A stretch of 64,000 nt of DNA from Octopus sinensis (GCF_006345805.1 NC_043008.1:248001-312000), one strand, 5' to 3'. Positions 36,225 to 49,611 are shown, counted from the stretch's first letter. Numbers and translations: made by a program. Notes: a model not told the origin generated them from the letters alone.

Positions 36225-36941
36225 CCCCTTGTGGGTAGTAAAGAAATAGGTATTTTGCCTGTCTTTACGTTCTGAGTTCAAATTCCGCCGAGGTCAACTT
36301 TACATGTCATCCTTTCGGGGTCGATAAATTAAGTACCAGTTGAATATTGGGTTCGATGTAATCAACTACCCCCTCCATAAAATTTCGGGCCTTGTGCCTA
36401 TAATAGAGAGGGAAATAATCGTTAGAGCATCGAACAAAATTTTTAGCAGCGTTTCTTCTGATTTTATATTCTGGATTCAAATTCTGCCAAAGGCAACTTT
36501 GCGTTTCATCGTTTTGGGGTTGATAAAAGGCGAGCTGGCAGAAACGTTAGCACGCCGGGCGAAATGCTTAGCGGTATTTCGTCTGCCGTTACGTTCCGAG
36601 TTCAAATTCCGCCGAGGTCGACTTTGCCTTTCATCCTTTCGGGGTCGATTAAATAAGTGCCAGTTACTCACTGGGGTCGATATAATCGACTTAATCCGTT
36701 TGTCAGTCCTTGTTTGTCCCCTCTGTGTTTAGCCCCTTGTGGGTAGTAAAGAAATAGGTATTTCGTCTGTGTTACGCTGTGAGTTCAAATTCCGCCGAGG
36801 TCGACTTTGCCTTTCATCCTTTCGGGGCCGATAAATTAAGTACCAGTTACGCACTGGGGTCGATGTAATCGACTTAATACCTATGTCTGTCCTTGTTTGT
36901 CCCCTTTGTGTTTAGCCCCTTGTGGGCAATAAAGAAATAGG
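36225..36941 (+). mobile_element. SINE S1 cluster including a head plus two 183-184-bp concatenated units
   Basis: AAAGAAATAG|GTATT junctions at 36250 and 36758; unit starts at 36574, 36758 and 36941. Confidence 0.88.
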
Positions 36942-37746
36942 TTGATAAAATGAGAAGCAGTTGCGCAGTGGGGGTTGATGTAATCCACTTACCCTGTGCC
37001 CCGAAACTGTTGACTTTGTGCCAACATTTGAAATTAATATATATCATGTGTTTTGGGAAGCTGGAAGCATAAATTTTGCTAATCTAGAAAGAAATGGCGG
37101 ATTAACTCTAAAACGCTAGATAGACTTTGCAGTTGTGCGTTGTCTAACAAGATGTGTATATCATCAACACATTTGGATCAGATCCAAGAACAGGGTATTA
37201 TAATTGAATTACAATGTCTATTACTTGGTATAACTTGACACGAATTAACTGGAGCTCATCTTTTCCGAAACCAGAAGAGATGAACTATTAGTTTGAACAC
37301 GGCATGGTTTTGTATTCGAAGCATAACATGACGGAACTAGATACAGTAATGTAATTAACTCCTGCTTTAACACATCTAATGATCCTTTCTATTAAAGGCA
37401 CAGGGTCGGAACTTTTAGGGAGAGGGTGTAGTCAGTTACTCATTTTACCCCAAACAAAAAACAAAAAGCAAAAAAAAGAATAAATAAAGTGGAATGCAAC
37501 CTTCACGGTATTTGAACTCAGAATGCCAAGCCGGAATAATAGCGTTAATAGACAGGTCGAACCTGGTAACTGATCTACCAGCTTAACAACTTATATAAAA
37601 CTTTCTTCAATAGGTACACGGCCAGAAATTTCCACTGTGGGTATTAGTCGATTACATTAACCCCAATATTCAATGGGTACTTATTTTATCACGCACCTCG
37701 CCCTGCGGATATGTTAGCACTAACTTAACTGTTGTTTCGCTTGCAG

Positions 37747-37770
37747 ATGGCGTCTCTGATTATTCATTCG
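37747..37770 (+). CDS. Candidate 24-nt micro-exon
   Basis: CTAAC branch-like motif 37720-37724, TTTCGCTTGCAG acceptor, CG|GTAATT donor. Confidence 0.2.
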
Positions 37771-37939
37771 GTAATTATGTTTTCCAACGCCTACCAACCA
37801 TCGTAGGTTTATTTAGAGATGCTGTCGTTGTTACTTCCGCAACTACAGCCAAGGCTATGCTTTGCTGATGCTATCAGAATAGCACTAACAATATCTACAC
37901 TTATCTCGTTTATCTACAGAGAAAATGAAAACAATATTG

Positions 37940-38550
37940 GCTTCCAATTTTGGCACAAGGCCAGAAATTTCGAGGGAGGAGGTAATTTGATTACATCGAC
38001 CACCACTGCTTAACAGCTATGTTATCAACCTCGAAAAGATAGAAGGCGAAGTCGACCTCGGCGGAATTTGAACTCAGAAAGTGAAGACGAGCGAAATACC
38101 CATTTCTTTACTACCCACAAGGGGCTAAACACAGAGAGGACAAACAAGGACAGACAAACGGATTAAGTCGATTATATCGACCTCAATGTATAACTGGTAC
38201 TTATTTAATCGACCCCGAAATGATGAAAGGCAAAGTCGACCTCGGCGGAATTTGAACTCAGAACGTGAAGACGAGCGAAATATCTCTAAGCATTTTGCAC
38301 GGCGTGCTCAACGATTTTACCAACACACCGCCTTGAAGATGAAAACAATATTGCTTTCTACTTTTTGCACAAGGCCAGCATTCCGGAGCAGAAAATAAGT
38401 CGATTATATCGACTGGTACTTACTTTATCGACCCCAAAAGGATGTAAGGTAAAGTAGACTTCGGCGGAATTTAAACTCAGAATGTAAGGACGGACGAAAT
38501 GCTGCTAAGTATTTCGCCCGGCGCGCTAACGATTCTGCCAGCTCACTGCT
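37940..38550 (-). mobile_element. SINE S1 cluster, three cores
   Basis: Repeated AAAGTCGACCTCGGCGGAATTTGAACTCAG. Confidence 0.82.
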
Positions 38551-39252
38551 TTGAAGATAAAAGCAACATTAGTCATTGACACACATTGTTTTCCGCACCG
38601 CATATTTATTTCTTGTTAGATTACTAATCAATGTCCCATGAATTAATTAAACACTAATTTAACATTAGAGAGGATATATTCCGGTTGTCTTTCTCCGTTT
38701 CTTGTTGATATGATTTTTATTTCGGGAAGATAAGATCCACAAAAAGCGCAAAACAAGCTTTGGGGTATCTGAATAGAAGTTTATCTCGAGATTGAGGAAG
38801 TGAATACGACAGAGGAATTATGTCGGTCAAGGAAAAAAGTGAAAGATTGAAAGCTGGTGAGTGAGGGTGGGGGAGGATGCATGTAAGAGAAGAGGGAGAG
38901 AGAGAGAGAGGGAGAGAGAGAGAGAGAGAGGAAAAGAGAGAAAGGGAGATAGAGAGAAGGAAGTTGAGTGTAAGAGAAGGGTTGCCATTGAAGCAAACTA
39001 ACGTGTACTTAAAGGAGTGACGGATGTAGGTACGCAGATCATTAAGATATTTCCTACTATTATCACCGACAGTCTAATACAAAGCTTAACTTGACCGTTT
39101 GACCGTTTATAAGAAAGTACTTTTATATATACATATATACATATATATATATATCCATATAAATCAAATGAGGTGATTATAATCAAAATAAGCAACAAGG
39201 ATATCCAAGGTAAAGTAGTACAATTGTTTCATGCTACTTCATTTTGTTAAAC

Positions 39253-39296
<44 letters not shown>

Positions 39297-39540
39297 AAGA
39301 AGAGAGATAAAGAGAGAGAGAGGGAGTATTTTATAAGAGAGTGAGAAGAGTTAGGCGAGCGGTTAAATAAAGTTTGATAGATAGAAGAGATACGTATATT
39401 TATATGTGTACAACTTAAGCCCATTTGTAGTCATATATGCATAAGCAAATTATACGTACAACTGTGCCAAAGTGTTTCAGCCAGACATAAAATTCATTCT
39501 GCTGTCTGAGACCTTACGCAGATCGTTACTAGATTCGCTG

Positions 39541-39758
39541 TTTTATTCTCTGTTTTATTTTCTTTCCTTTATTTGTTTCAGTCATTTGACTGCGGCCATG
39601 CTGGAGCAACGCCTTTAGTCGAGCAAATCGACCCCAGGACTTATTCTTTGTGAGCCGAGTACTTATTCTATCGCTAAGTGGCGGGGTCGTAAACACACCT
39701 GTATCGGTTGTCAAGCGATGGTGGGGGACAAACACAGACATACACACACACACACACA

Positions 39759-39813
<55 letters not shown>

Positions 39814-39960
39814 CATATATACGACGGGCTTCTTTCAGTTTCCGTCTTTGGTCAGCTCGAGGCTATAGTAGAAGACACTGCGTGCCCAAGGTGCCACGCA
39901 GTGGGGCCGAACCCGGAACCATTTAGTACGTAAGCAAGCTACTTACCACACACCCACCTC
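39541..39960 (-). mobile_element. SINE S2, full length
   Basis: Reverse complement of the S2 consensus with an internal (CA)n(TA)n. Confidence 0.85.
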
Positions 39961-40787
39961 TGTTTTATTTGCAAATATTAACATTCAAGAAACGAGAGAT
40001 ATATTTGGATAGCAAAGTAGTAAAGCGACGTTTTGAATCCCTGAATGAGTACAGAAGATTCTAGAATCTTATTGCAAAGAAGATTTTTAGCAAACTGCAT
40101 TTGTTTCGCCGCCGGCTGCAAAGAAGTTGTTACCTCGATATATTGATAATTTAGAATGTACTTACCGTCGAGAGACCAATTGTTGGTACTCGTAATTACA
40201 TCTACACGTCTCTTCTATTTATACTTCATATGAAAGCAGCAATACATTTTATGCAACCTTTATGCAACTCATTTGTAACACACCTAAACGCTGTTTATAT
40301 TAAATATTTCATGAAATCAATAATGCACGGGGGAATGCATATTTATAAGTTTTAAGAAAATTCTGGCAACATTACAATGAATATTTAAAGTGTGGGAAGA
40401 GCTGCACCGTATAACCTTTTTTTTCCTACTTTCCTGTATATTTATATTTCTGTTCTTCTGAATGTAATATAATTTCACTTTGAGACCTTTAAATTTTTAT
40501 GCGTAATTTTATTTATGAGCAGTACAAGTTACATTTGCTTGCCAACCAATAAACTGGATATGTACTTTAGCATTATGAATATTGGTTGGAATTTATGTTA
40601 ACAGAGTGCAGATTATCATTTGGTTTATTGTCAAGGCAGAATTCAATATAGTCTAAAACTAGAGATTAAATCAAAAATTTAACATACTTGGACTCTTATC
40701 AAATATAATATTTATATTTAACTCTTTAAATATATTGAGGAAATTCTTCCTAACTGTATCTCCGATATGGTCATTCCTTTTTTGCAG

Positions 40788-40909
40788 AGGAATATTCCAT
40801 TGTCACAGCAAATACCGACCCCAACACTCGCTTTCACAGTTGGCCTTGTTACCACAAACAAAAAGTCGAGATCTGGAAATTCCCAAATAACCACCTTTTC
40901 GTTTCATTA
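40788..40909 (+). CDS. Candidate 122-nt exon
   Basis: CTAAC 40750-40754, CCTTTTTTGCAG acceptor, GTATGT donor at 40910; two frames open; no homolog recognised. Confidence 0.2.
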
Positions 40910-41124
40910 GTATGTGGTGCTGCTTTATCCAATATAATCAACATTATGAGGACATTTTCAGTATCGCAACAAAGAAGTAGTTTTCTCCTCGTCCTTAAAC
41001 CTGAATGATTATCTGTGCTGGTTGTGTCTAATTTTGAAAGTGTTACTGGAGGTAAACCCTCTCGGCACTATTTGCTTACTCTATATGACTCACCTTAGTG
41101 AGGTGTGGTTTTATTACTAAGCTA

Positions 41125-41320
41125 GGAGGGGGTGCTGAAAAATTCCTGGCTTTAAGGATGTCGCAAAAGGCCTGGTTCGAGGCCCAACATTCCGAATTCT
41201 TTTAGAAGGCTTAGATAAACTGAAGGACCGCTGCAATAACTGTGTGAATCTGAGGGGAATTTGTTGGATAAAATCGTAACTGATCCTCCCGTACCTTCTT
41301 TTTCCCAAAGTACCCCCAGA
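41125..41320 (+). mobile_element. Mariner-derived MITE (~200 bp)
   Basis: Homologous to 62880-63096; carries the transposase C-terminus AWFEAQHSEFF..EGLDKLKDRCNNCVNLRG. Confidence 0.8.
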
Positions 41321-42352
41321 TATTTAGGAAGGCTTTGCTTTTGCAAGCTGGTGGTTAGGGTGGGGATTGTTTTTTGTGTGAGTCTTATATCTTGTTGTGA
41401 GCTTTAACAAGTGGAGCTGTCCCGGAAACTATAAGCCAGTTTTATGCTATTGACGTTAAATATATTGTGACATAAGTGTATGGTGAAGAGACTCCCAAAA
41501 GGAAGGCAAAAGGTCTAGCTATGTTGGCTATGTTTTCATCGAAGGTTCATTTGAATCGAATAATTTTTGTCTTCCTGATTCTGCTTACACTGGAAAGGAG
41601 TCTTGCCGTTGCTTAATAAAAGTCAAGTCTTGCTAATGTTTTAATTCTCTAGAATCCATATTAAAGAATAGTTAGAAATGTTTGCTTGTGTAGAGCGGTT
41701 GGAATTATTGTGTGTATTTTAGGTGTGCGTGTGAGTGAGTCTGCGTGTGTGTGGTTTCCTTGGCCGCCTTAAATATGTTACAGTTTAACAGTCGTCAGTT
41801 GCAATAATTTATCTAAACACTTAATAATTATTTAAGATAGTGACATAGTTCTGATGTAGAACATTTCTAAACCGTTTTATCCGGAACTATGCTTCAGTAT
41901 TTGATATTTTGAGAATGAAAGTATAGTCCATTTGAGCTTCTCAAGGAAATGTTGGATACTAAGACCAGATACAATCATTCAAGCATATACTCATTCAGGT
42001 ATATGCATAGAATTAGATAGTGTTTAGCAAAACGCCCGGGACCTAATCGACAGCGGAACATAGTGGATAAACGTCGTCATGTATTAACAGGAGCAAGAAG
42101 ATTTCCTCTGTCTCCAAGCTCATTGAGGAGAAAATCCGAGATAATACCTTTCAGCTGACTTCGATTATCATATCTCACAGATCAGATTCTAATCCAAGTG
42201 AGTCGAACTTAGCATTCTCCAACATACAGTATCAGTTAACGATTACCAATTCGCACACAATTCTTGTTAGAATGAAAAGCACGTTCCAGGTGCGAAATGC
42301 TCGTCATAGTGTTCACGACTAAATGAAATTCTGCCTACGAGATAATCTATAT

Positions 42353-42390
<38 letters not shown>

Positions 42391-42738
42391 CCTCAATGTC
42401 GTCGAGCCAACAGTATGTGGTGCGAAACGTTGAGCTGAGATGGAGTGGATCACCAGCTGTTAACGCACATATACGCGCACGCGCACGCGCGCAAATTGTT
42501 CGTGTGTAGGTAGGGTCTGGTACTGAATTGGTTCGATACTTTTGGAAGTTTTGAATGTATTCGTTTTATACAGCTGTCAGAAACCAATTTAGTTCTCTCA
42601 CTCTCTCTTTCCCTCTCTATCTCTGTTAATATGTATATATGTTTCTCTCTCTCTCTCTCTCTCTCTGTATATATATATATATATATGTAAATATAGATAT
42701 GTATGTATACATATGTATGCATATGTATGTATGTATAT

Positions 42739-42774
<36 letters not shown>

Positions 42775-42880
42775 GGTAAACAGTAAAAATAATTACAGAC
42801 ATGGACAAGAACATGAAACCACCACAGAGACGACACAAGACCACAGGACGGGACATTCGAAGCCCTCAGTCATCAGTCAT
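42775..42880 (-). mobile_element. Family D terminal fragment
   Basis: CATGGACAAGAAC...GGACATTCGAAGCCCTCAGTCATCAGTCA, as at 8352-8430. Confidence 0.6.
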
Positions 42881-44269
42881 ATACATGTACATGTAAATAT
42901 ATATATATACACACATATAAATACTTAATATTATTAGTAGGCGTAGGAGTGGCTGTGGTTGTAAGTACCTTGGTTCTGGGTTCAGTCCCACTGCGCGGCC
43001 GCAATAAAATGACTGAAACAAGATAAATGATGAAATATATATATATATATATATATATATGATATATATTATATATGTGTGTGTGTATGTGTGTGTTTGT
43101 ATATATATCTAATTCTGTGTATGCATGTATATATATATATATGTGTGTGTATGCATGCATATATATGTGTGTGAGTATGCATGTACATATATATATATAT
43201 ATGTGTGTGTATGCATGCATATATATGTGTGTGAGTATGCATGTACATATATATATATATGTGTGTGTATGCATGTATATATATATATATTCTTTTCTTT
43301 TACTTATTTCAGCCATTTGACTGCGGCCATGATGGAGCACCACCTATAGTCGAGAAAATCGCCCCCAGGACTTATTCTTTGCATTCATTGTAAGCCTAGA
43401 ACTTATTTTATCGGCCTCTTTTGCCCCCCCCCATACACACACACACACAACACATGTATACATACAAATGTATGTATGTGCGTGTATGCATGTATGTATT
43501 TATCGTGTGCCTATATGTTGGTGAGAGAAGGGAAGTAAACACACATGCGCAGCGAGAGAGGGGGAATGTGTGTGTGTGAGAGAGAGAATTTGAGAGAAAG
43601 AAAGAGAGAAAAGAGAATGAGAGAAGAGAGAGATATATATATAGAAATATGCATAAATATATATGTATATATGTGTATATATGACAATTTACATCAATAA
43701 ATTAGCAAAGGACACACCTATGTGTACACATCCGTCGAAAATATTATTGTCTGAATATATAATTCCATATATGTAGGCCAAGGACGTTAGACTTTACAAT
43801 CAACAATAGTACTGGCTGCTACCTTGAAGTTTATATTTGAATTTTATTCTCTTTCATAATTTAGACTTGCCTAACATTTTCTAATTAAAAGCATAAAACT
43901 TTTAGGGCGTGAAGTGGATAGAAGTCTGAACAAGCAGCCAAGAGATTGAGAGTTCGGGTTCAACCTGCAATGCTGCTATGTTATATCAAATATTCGATAT
44001 ATTTTCTACGGGTTCGAATATGCCCCAAACATATTTGAACTGGTATTAACCTTCTGCTAAGTACTACCATGCTGCAATTTGGTCATCGTATGCAAGAAAG
44101 TTTTACGTATACATTCACATGCACTACACATGTATTCACATATATGCCCGCACTCGCTCGCACAAACACACACTCACACATGTATATACATATAGATATG
44201 CTATATATATATATATATAATATTATATATATTATATATATATATAATATATAATATATTTATCAGTTA

Positions 44270-44660
44270 ATAATATAGGGTGAAATTAATTAATTTGGAA
44301 TAATCATACTGGTAACGGCTTTAGCTCGCTCTGATACTGAGTTGAGATGATGCCTTCTAGTACCTCGATCGAATTTAATATACAATTATTCATAATTGTA
44401 GTGTCCTACGCTGATGAGAAAATTATCTAATTCTTATGCTTTCCTAAAACTTAATTTCGAAACGTACGTCCGTAGGTGACTTAAAATTGTATGATAGATT
44501 GCCGTCATTTCTTTCTCTATTGCCTGTCTGTGTTTGCCTTTCAAGTGCTGTGGTTTTACTGAGATCTCCCTTTTAGTAGAAAGAATAGCTATAACTCTTT
44601 GACTGCTATTTCTAAATTCGGTGTGTGGTGAGCCAAATCGTTGCTAAACCCTTAATTACT
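44270..44660 (+). mobile_element. Solo diverged relative of the 555-bp array unit, between (TA)n tracts
   Basis: HHR followed ~90 nt later by GAGATCT..GAATAGCT..CTGCTATTTCT..TGTGG..CTAA.CCCTTA, as in the array; inverted AGGGTGAAATTAATTAATT at its 5' end. Confidence 0.65.
44405..44476 (+). ncRNA. Canonical type I hammerhead ribozyme
   Basis: Helix I CCUACG/CGUAGG (6 bp), CUGAUGA 44411-44417, G10.1-C11.1 with GAAA(A)UUA/UAAUUUC, GAAA 44459-44462, ACGUACGU, GUC site at 44470. Confidence 0.88.
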
Positions 44661-44661
44661 T

Positions 44662-44692
<31 letters not shown>

Positions 44693-44695
<3 letters not shown>

Positions 44696-45095
44696 TACAC
44701 TTGTTTCCGTGATTTGACTGCGGGCCATGCTGGAGCACCGCCTTTAGTCGAGCAAATCGACCCCAGGACTTATTCCTTGTAAGCCTAGTACTTATTCTAT
44801 CGGTCTCTTTTGTCGAATCACTAAGTTACTAGGACGTAAATACACCACAATCTGTTGTCAAGCGATGTTGTGGGGACAGACACAAACAAGCAAACATACG
44901 CATACAAACACACACAACACACACACACACACACCACACACACACTTAAATATATATATACGACGGGCTTCTTTCAGTTTCCGTCTAGCAAATCCACTCA
45001 CAAGGCTTTGGTCGGCCCGAAGGTGCCACGCAGCGGGACTGAACCCGGAACCATGTAGTTGGGAAGCAAGCTACTTACCACACAGCCACTCCTGC
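44693..45095 (-). mobile_element. SINE S2, full length
   Basis: Reverse complement of the S2 consensus. Confidence 0.88.
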
Positions 45096-45644
45096 TGTTT
45101 GATAGAAACTGGATATATATATATACATATATATTTATACATATATATATATATTATTGGTACACTACTAAACATGCACACTGTGGTACTTCGATTCAAT
45201 ATTCAACTATTTTTCAAACAGAAGTGTACATTTAAGCAATCATTAATATCTGTATGTATGTATGTATGTATGTAGGTATGGATATTATTTTCCACAAATG
45301 ACCTCGTGAAAACATCTGACTTCCGTTTAGAACCAGGAAAGGTTTCAATCATACTCAGCTGTGGACGGTGTAAGTTCTGATAAAATTTCCTCTTCTGCTG
45401 TTTAACACACACACACACTCACACACACACACACACACTCTTAAGTGAATCCACAAGAAGGATATCCGCTTGGGTGCTAGTGATTCATTCACCAACACAA
45501 TACGTTACAGTAACTTAGTGACTGTTTTGTCTTTTTTTATCCTACCAGCCACAGTGTATCGTGTCTCATCCCTCAGGAATAATTTGTTTAATTAGTGGAA
45601 CATTTGTGGTGCTATAATTGTCCTTATTATGAAACAACGACTGG

Positions 45645-45860
45645 GCGGCGAGCTGACAGGATCGTAACCGCGCCGGGCAAAATAATTTGCGGCATTTCGT
45701 TTTTCCTTTAGTTCTGATTTCAAATTGTGCCGAGGTCGACTTTGCCTTTCATCATTTTGGAATCGATAAAATAAATACCAGTTACGCACTGAAACGATGT
45801 AATAGACTTACCCATTCCACCCAAATTACATGCTTGGTGCGTATAGTCGAAAGGATTATC
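45645..45860 (+). mobile_element. SINE S1
   Basis: GGCGGCGAGCTGACAGG...GAGGTCGACTTTGCCTTTCATC; further degenerate copies at 46503-47200. Confidence 0.78.
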
Positions 45861-45952
45861 AAACAACGATATCTAACTACATATGTGTGTATGTCTATGA
45901 AAATGTAGATATGTGTGTATATATCTTAGCTTGGCATTTTGCCAGTTATGGC

Positions 45953-46245
45953 GATGTGTGTTCTAATAGATTCGATTATCGGAACAGTCTACTCGTAAAA
46001 TTAACGTGCAAGTGACTGAGCACTCCTCAGACACATGTGCCCTTAATATAGTTCTCAGGGGATTCTGCGTGACACAGACAGCAACAAAGCTGACCCTCTG
46101 GATTACAAGGGCAACTTATTTTTGCCAGATGAGTAGATTGGAGCAAAGTGGCTTGCTCTAGGACACAGCGCGCCGCTGGGACTCGATCGCACGATCAGAA
46201 GATCGTGAGCCGAATATCCTAAACAATACGCCATGCGCCTTCACT
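45953..46245 (-). mobile_element. SINE S3
   Basis: Reverse complement of the 30733 copy. Confidence 0.72.
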
Positions 46246-46921
46246 AATGTCTCTATGAATCCTCTTATCGGCGAAAGAAGAGGAGGATCCGCCAATTGTC
46301 ACATGCAAAAATGCTTTGCTTTTAGGAATTAATGAATTGTTTATTTGCAAAAGTAAACAGCATTAGACAATTAGCAATCAAACAACAACATCTACAGCTT
46401 GCTAAACTTTTATAGAAATTTATCATCATTTTGTGATCGCTTGATTGTGAAATACGTAGTTTTAAGTGAAATATATTCTTATCGTTATGTGACAGAATGA
46501 AGGCGCCAAACTGGTGGAATCGTTAGCTTGCAGGCAAAATGTTTCGCAGAAATTCTTCCGGTTTTACATTACAAGTTCAACTTTATCAGGGTCGGCGTTG
46601 TTTTACATCCCTTCGGGGCCACATTAATAAGTGCCAGTTGAGCACAGGGATCGATGTAATCAATTACCCTGCATCCCTTTTAAATTTCAGCTTTTGATCA
46701 TATCATCGAAATAATTATTTAGAAGGATGCAGGTGGCGCGCTGGCAAAATGACAGTTTGTGCGAGAGAAAAATGTTTTGTAGTATTTATCAGGATTCGCT
46801 ACGATTTGAGTTCAAATCCCGCTCAAATGGATTTCATCTTTCATCGCTTGGGAGTCAATACAATAAAGAATTAGTCAAGTGCTGGGATCGATTTTATCGA
46901 CTATCTTTCTCTTTCTCTCAT

Positions 46922-46953
<32 letters not shown>

Positions 46954-47503
46954 TCGTTTTTGGGAACGGTAAATCTCGAAGCAGATAAAAGTTTCAAATT
47001 TTGACACAACTCCAGCAAGTTTTAGAAAGTGGCTAAGTCGATTACATCGACCCCAGTTCTCAACAGGTAATTTATTTTACCGACTGCGAAAAGATGAAAG
47101 GCAAAGTCGATCGCGGAAGAAGTTGAACTCAGAACGTAAAGACGGACGAAATGCAGCTGAACATTTTTGCTCGGCGTGCTAACGATTATTTCAGCTCACC
47201 GCCATGATCAAGGTATAAATGATAGCGCCTGAATGTCGGATTCCTAGACCAGTGTTCTTCAGCAAAAAACCTGAACGCTCCTATGTCGTTTTCGACAGGA
47301 GACTCCACCAAGTGTCGATTAAAAAAAGAAAAAAGGAAAAAAGAGAAGGATATAAGGGGCGTAAGAACATTGGACCAAAGCGGTCGTTCGAATTCCTCTG
47401 CCGACTTCACTTCACTGAGAATTCTGTGTTGCTGACGTCATAAGAATTCAGAAACTTCGAAGGAACGTGAACTCACGAAGTTTCTACATATTAATGACGT
47501 CAA

Positions 47504-47545
<42 letters not shown>

Positions 47546-47721
47546 TATATATATCTTATATATATATATATAATATTATATATATATATATATATATTAT
47601 ATATAGATATACATATATAATATATATTATAAACATGTATATGTTATGTATACATGTCTGAATGTATATATAAGTAATATACATGTATAAATTACATACA
47701 CACACACACCACACACAACAC

Positions 47722-47753
<32 letters not shown>

Positions 47754-48847
47754 ATATTTGAATGTATGTATGTATGTATGTATGTATATATATATAGACA
47801 TATATACATGTATAGATGAGAAATCGTTACTCATTTTGAATCCCAGGTCATGTGCTGCTTATGAATCTGGGATGGGATCACAAGGCACACTAATGTATGT
47901 GTGCGCGCGCGTATGAGTGTATGCGAATGTGCATGCGCGCGCGTGTGTAGACACGTATATGTACTGGAATGTAATTAGGCCTGTCATGGTAAATGTTTAT
48001 GTGAATTTATGTCAATGTACTCGGTCGTGTGTGTACGTATATGTGTATGTATACATGCATCTCTTTCCCTCTTTCTCTCTCTATATATATCTGTGTGTGT
48101 ATTGATATATGTATGTATGTATATATGTAAATGTGTATGAGTGCGTGTGTATGTGTGTGTAAGTGTCAGTGCAATATTGACGTAGGTTGTAAATAGCCGT
48201 ATCTGAATTAACGATGGGAAAGTTCAACCTATTCGTTATCAGTTTTTTAACACATTTCGGCCAGGATGTACAGAACCAGTAGAAACTGCATTGCCACGGT
48301 GACAATCAGTGCATAGCCTGAGAATCAGAAATGTGTAACAGTGTATCATTTGCTTCTGCTATTACTAAGACTGGAGCAATGCGTATGATAGAGATGGGAC
48401 GGACACCGAGGTCATCCAGAACCTAAAAAGACAACACAAATACAAAGACACACACAGAGGCGCGGACACTTACAGACACACAAAACAGAAAGAAAAACAA
48501 AATACAAAACCATTTTAGTCCAGTGTAAATATTTGCTCATAGTTTTCTGGGTTCCTGTTTCAAATTAAGGTTGCCGTATGGTGGTACAGCGATTCCGGAT
48601 CTGCGAGAAATCCCTCACCGCTACATCCACATAATTACGATTCTGAAATGAATGCTCTTGGGAGAGCTTGAAAAGGCTAAGCATTTATTCCCAAGAGTCT
48701 AGAAAGGAGTAACACTTGCTTTCATACATATATATATACATATATATATACATTTTTTTCTAGTTTCAGCTCAGAGCTGCGGCCATGCTGATGTACCGCT
48801 GTTTTTTTTTATATATCTGTATATGTGTGTGTGCATGCATGTATATA

Positions 48848-48894
<47 letters not shown>

Positions 48895-48918
48895 CTATAT
48901 CTGTATGTAAGTATATGT

Positions 48919-48967
<49 letters not shown>

Positions 48968-49212
48968 GTGTGTGTACGGGTGTGTGTACGTGGTAGAAGC
49001 ATTTATCTGGCTAGCATGATTGTGTGGTTAAGAAACAGGTTTCAGTCCCGCTGTGGGGCACTTTGGAAAGTTTCTTCTACTTTAGCCTAGAGCCAACTGA
49101 TTGTTTGTGAGTGAAATTCGTAGACGAAAAGTGTATGGAATCCCATTCTCTCTATCTGTCTGTCTGTCTGTCTCTGTCTCTCTCTTTCTCTCTGTGTGTC
49201 TCTGTGTCTCTG

Positions 49213-49246
<34 letters not shown>

Positions 49247-49263
49247 CCCCTGTCTCTCTCTCA

Positions 49264-49321
<58 letters not shown>

Positions 49322-49580
49322 ATATATACATGTGTGCGTGTGTGTGTGTATATAGATAGATATATGTTTATGTGTGTATGTGTGTGTAATGTGTGTGTAC
49401 GTGTGTACACCCTACCGCTTGATAATAGGTGTTGGCCTGCTTTTGGGACATAGCGTATCGGCAAAGGCAATTGGTAGATTAAGTATCGCACTTTAAAAGA
49501 TAAGTACTCGGATCAATTTGTTTGATTACTCCTTCAAGGATGTGCCCTAGCATGGCTGCACTCCAATTCTATATATATAT

Positions 49581-49611
<31 letters not shown>

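Noticed and set aside
36574-36941. Regularly spaced repeats suggesting CRISPR or satellite
   Set aside because: These are eukaryotic SINE concatemers with no unique spacers and no cas genes.
42845-42880. CUGAUGA-CU-GAGGGCUUC-GAAU-GUC as a type I HHR (also 8400-8430)
   Set aside because: GAAU instead of GAAA, a 2-nt insertion, and no helix I in either copy.
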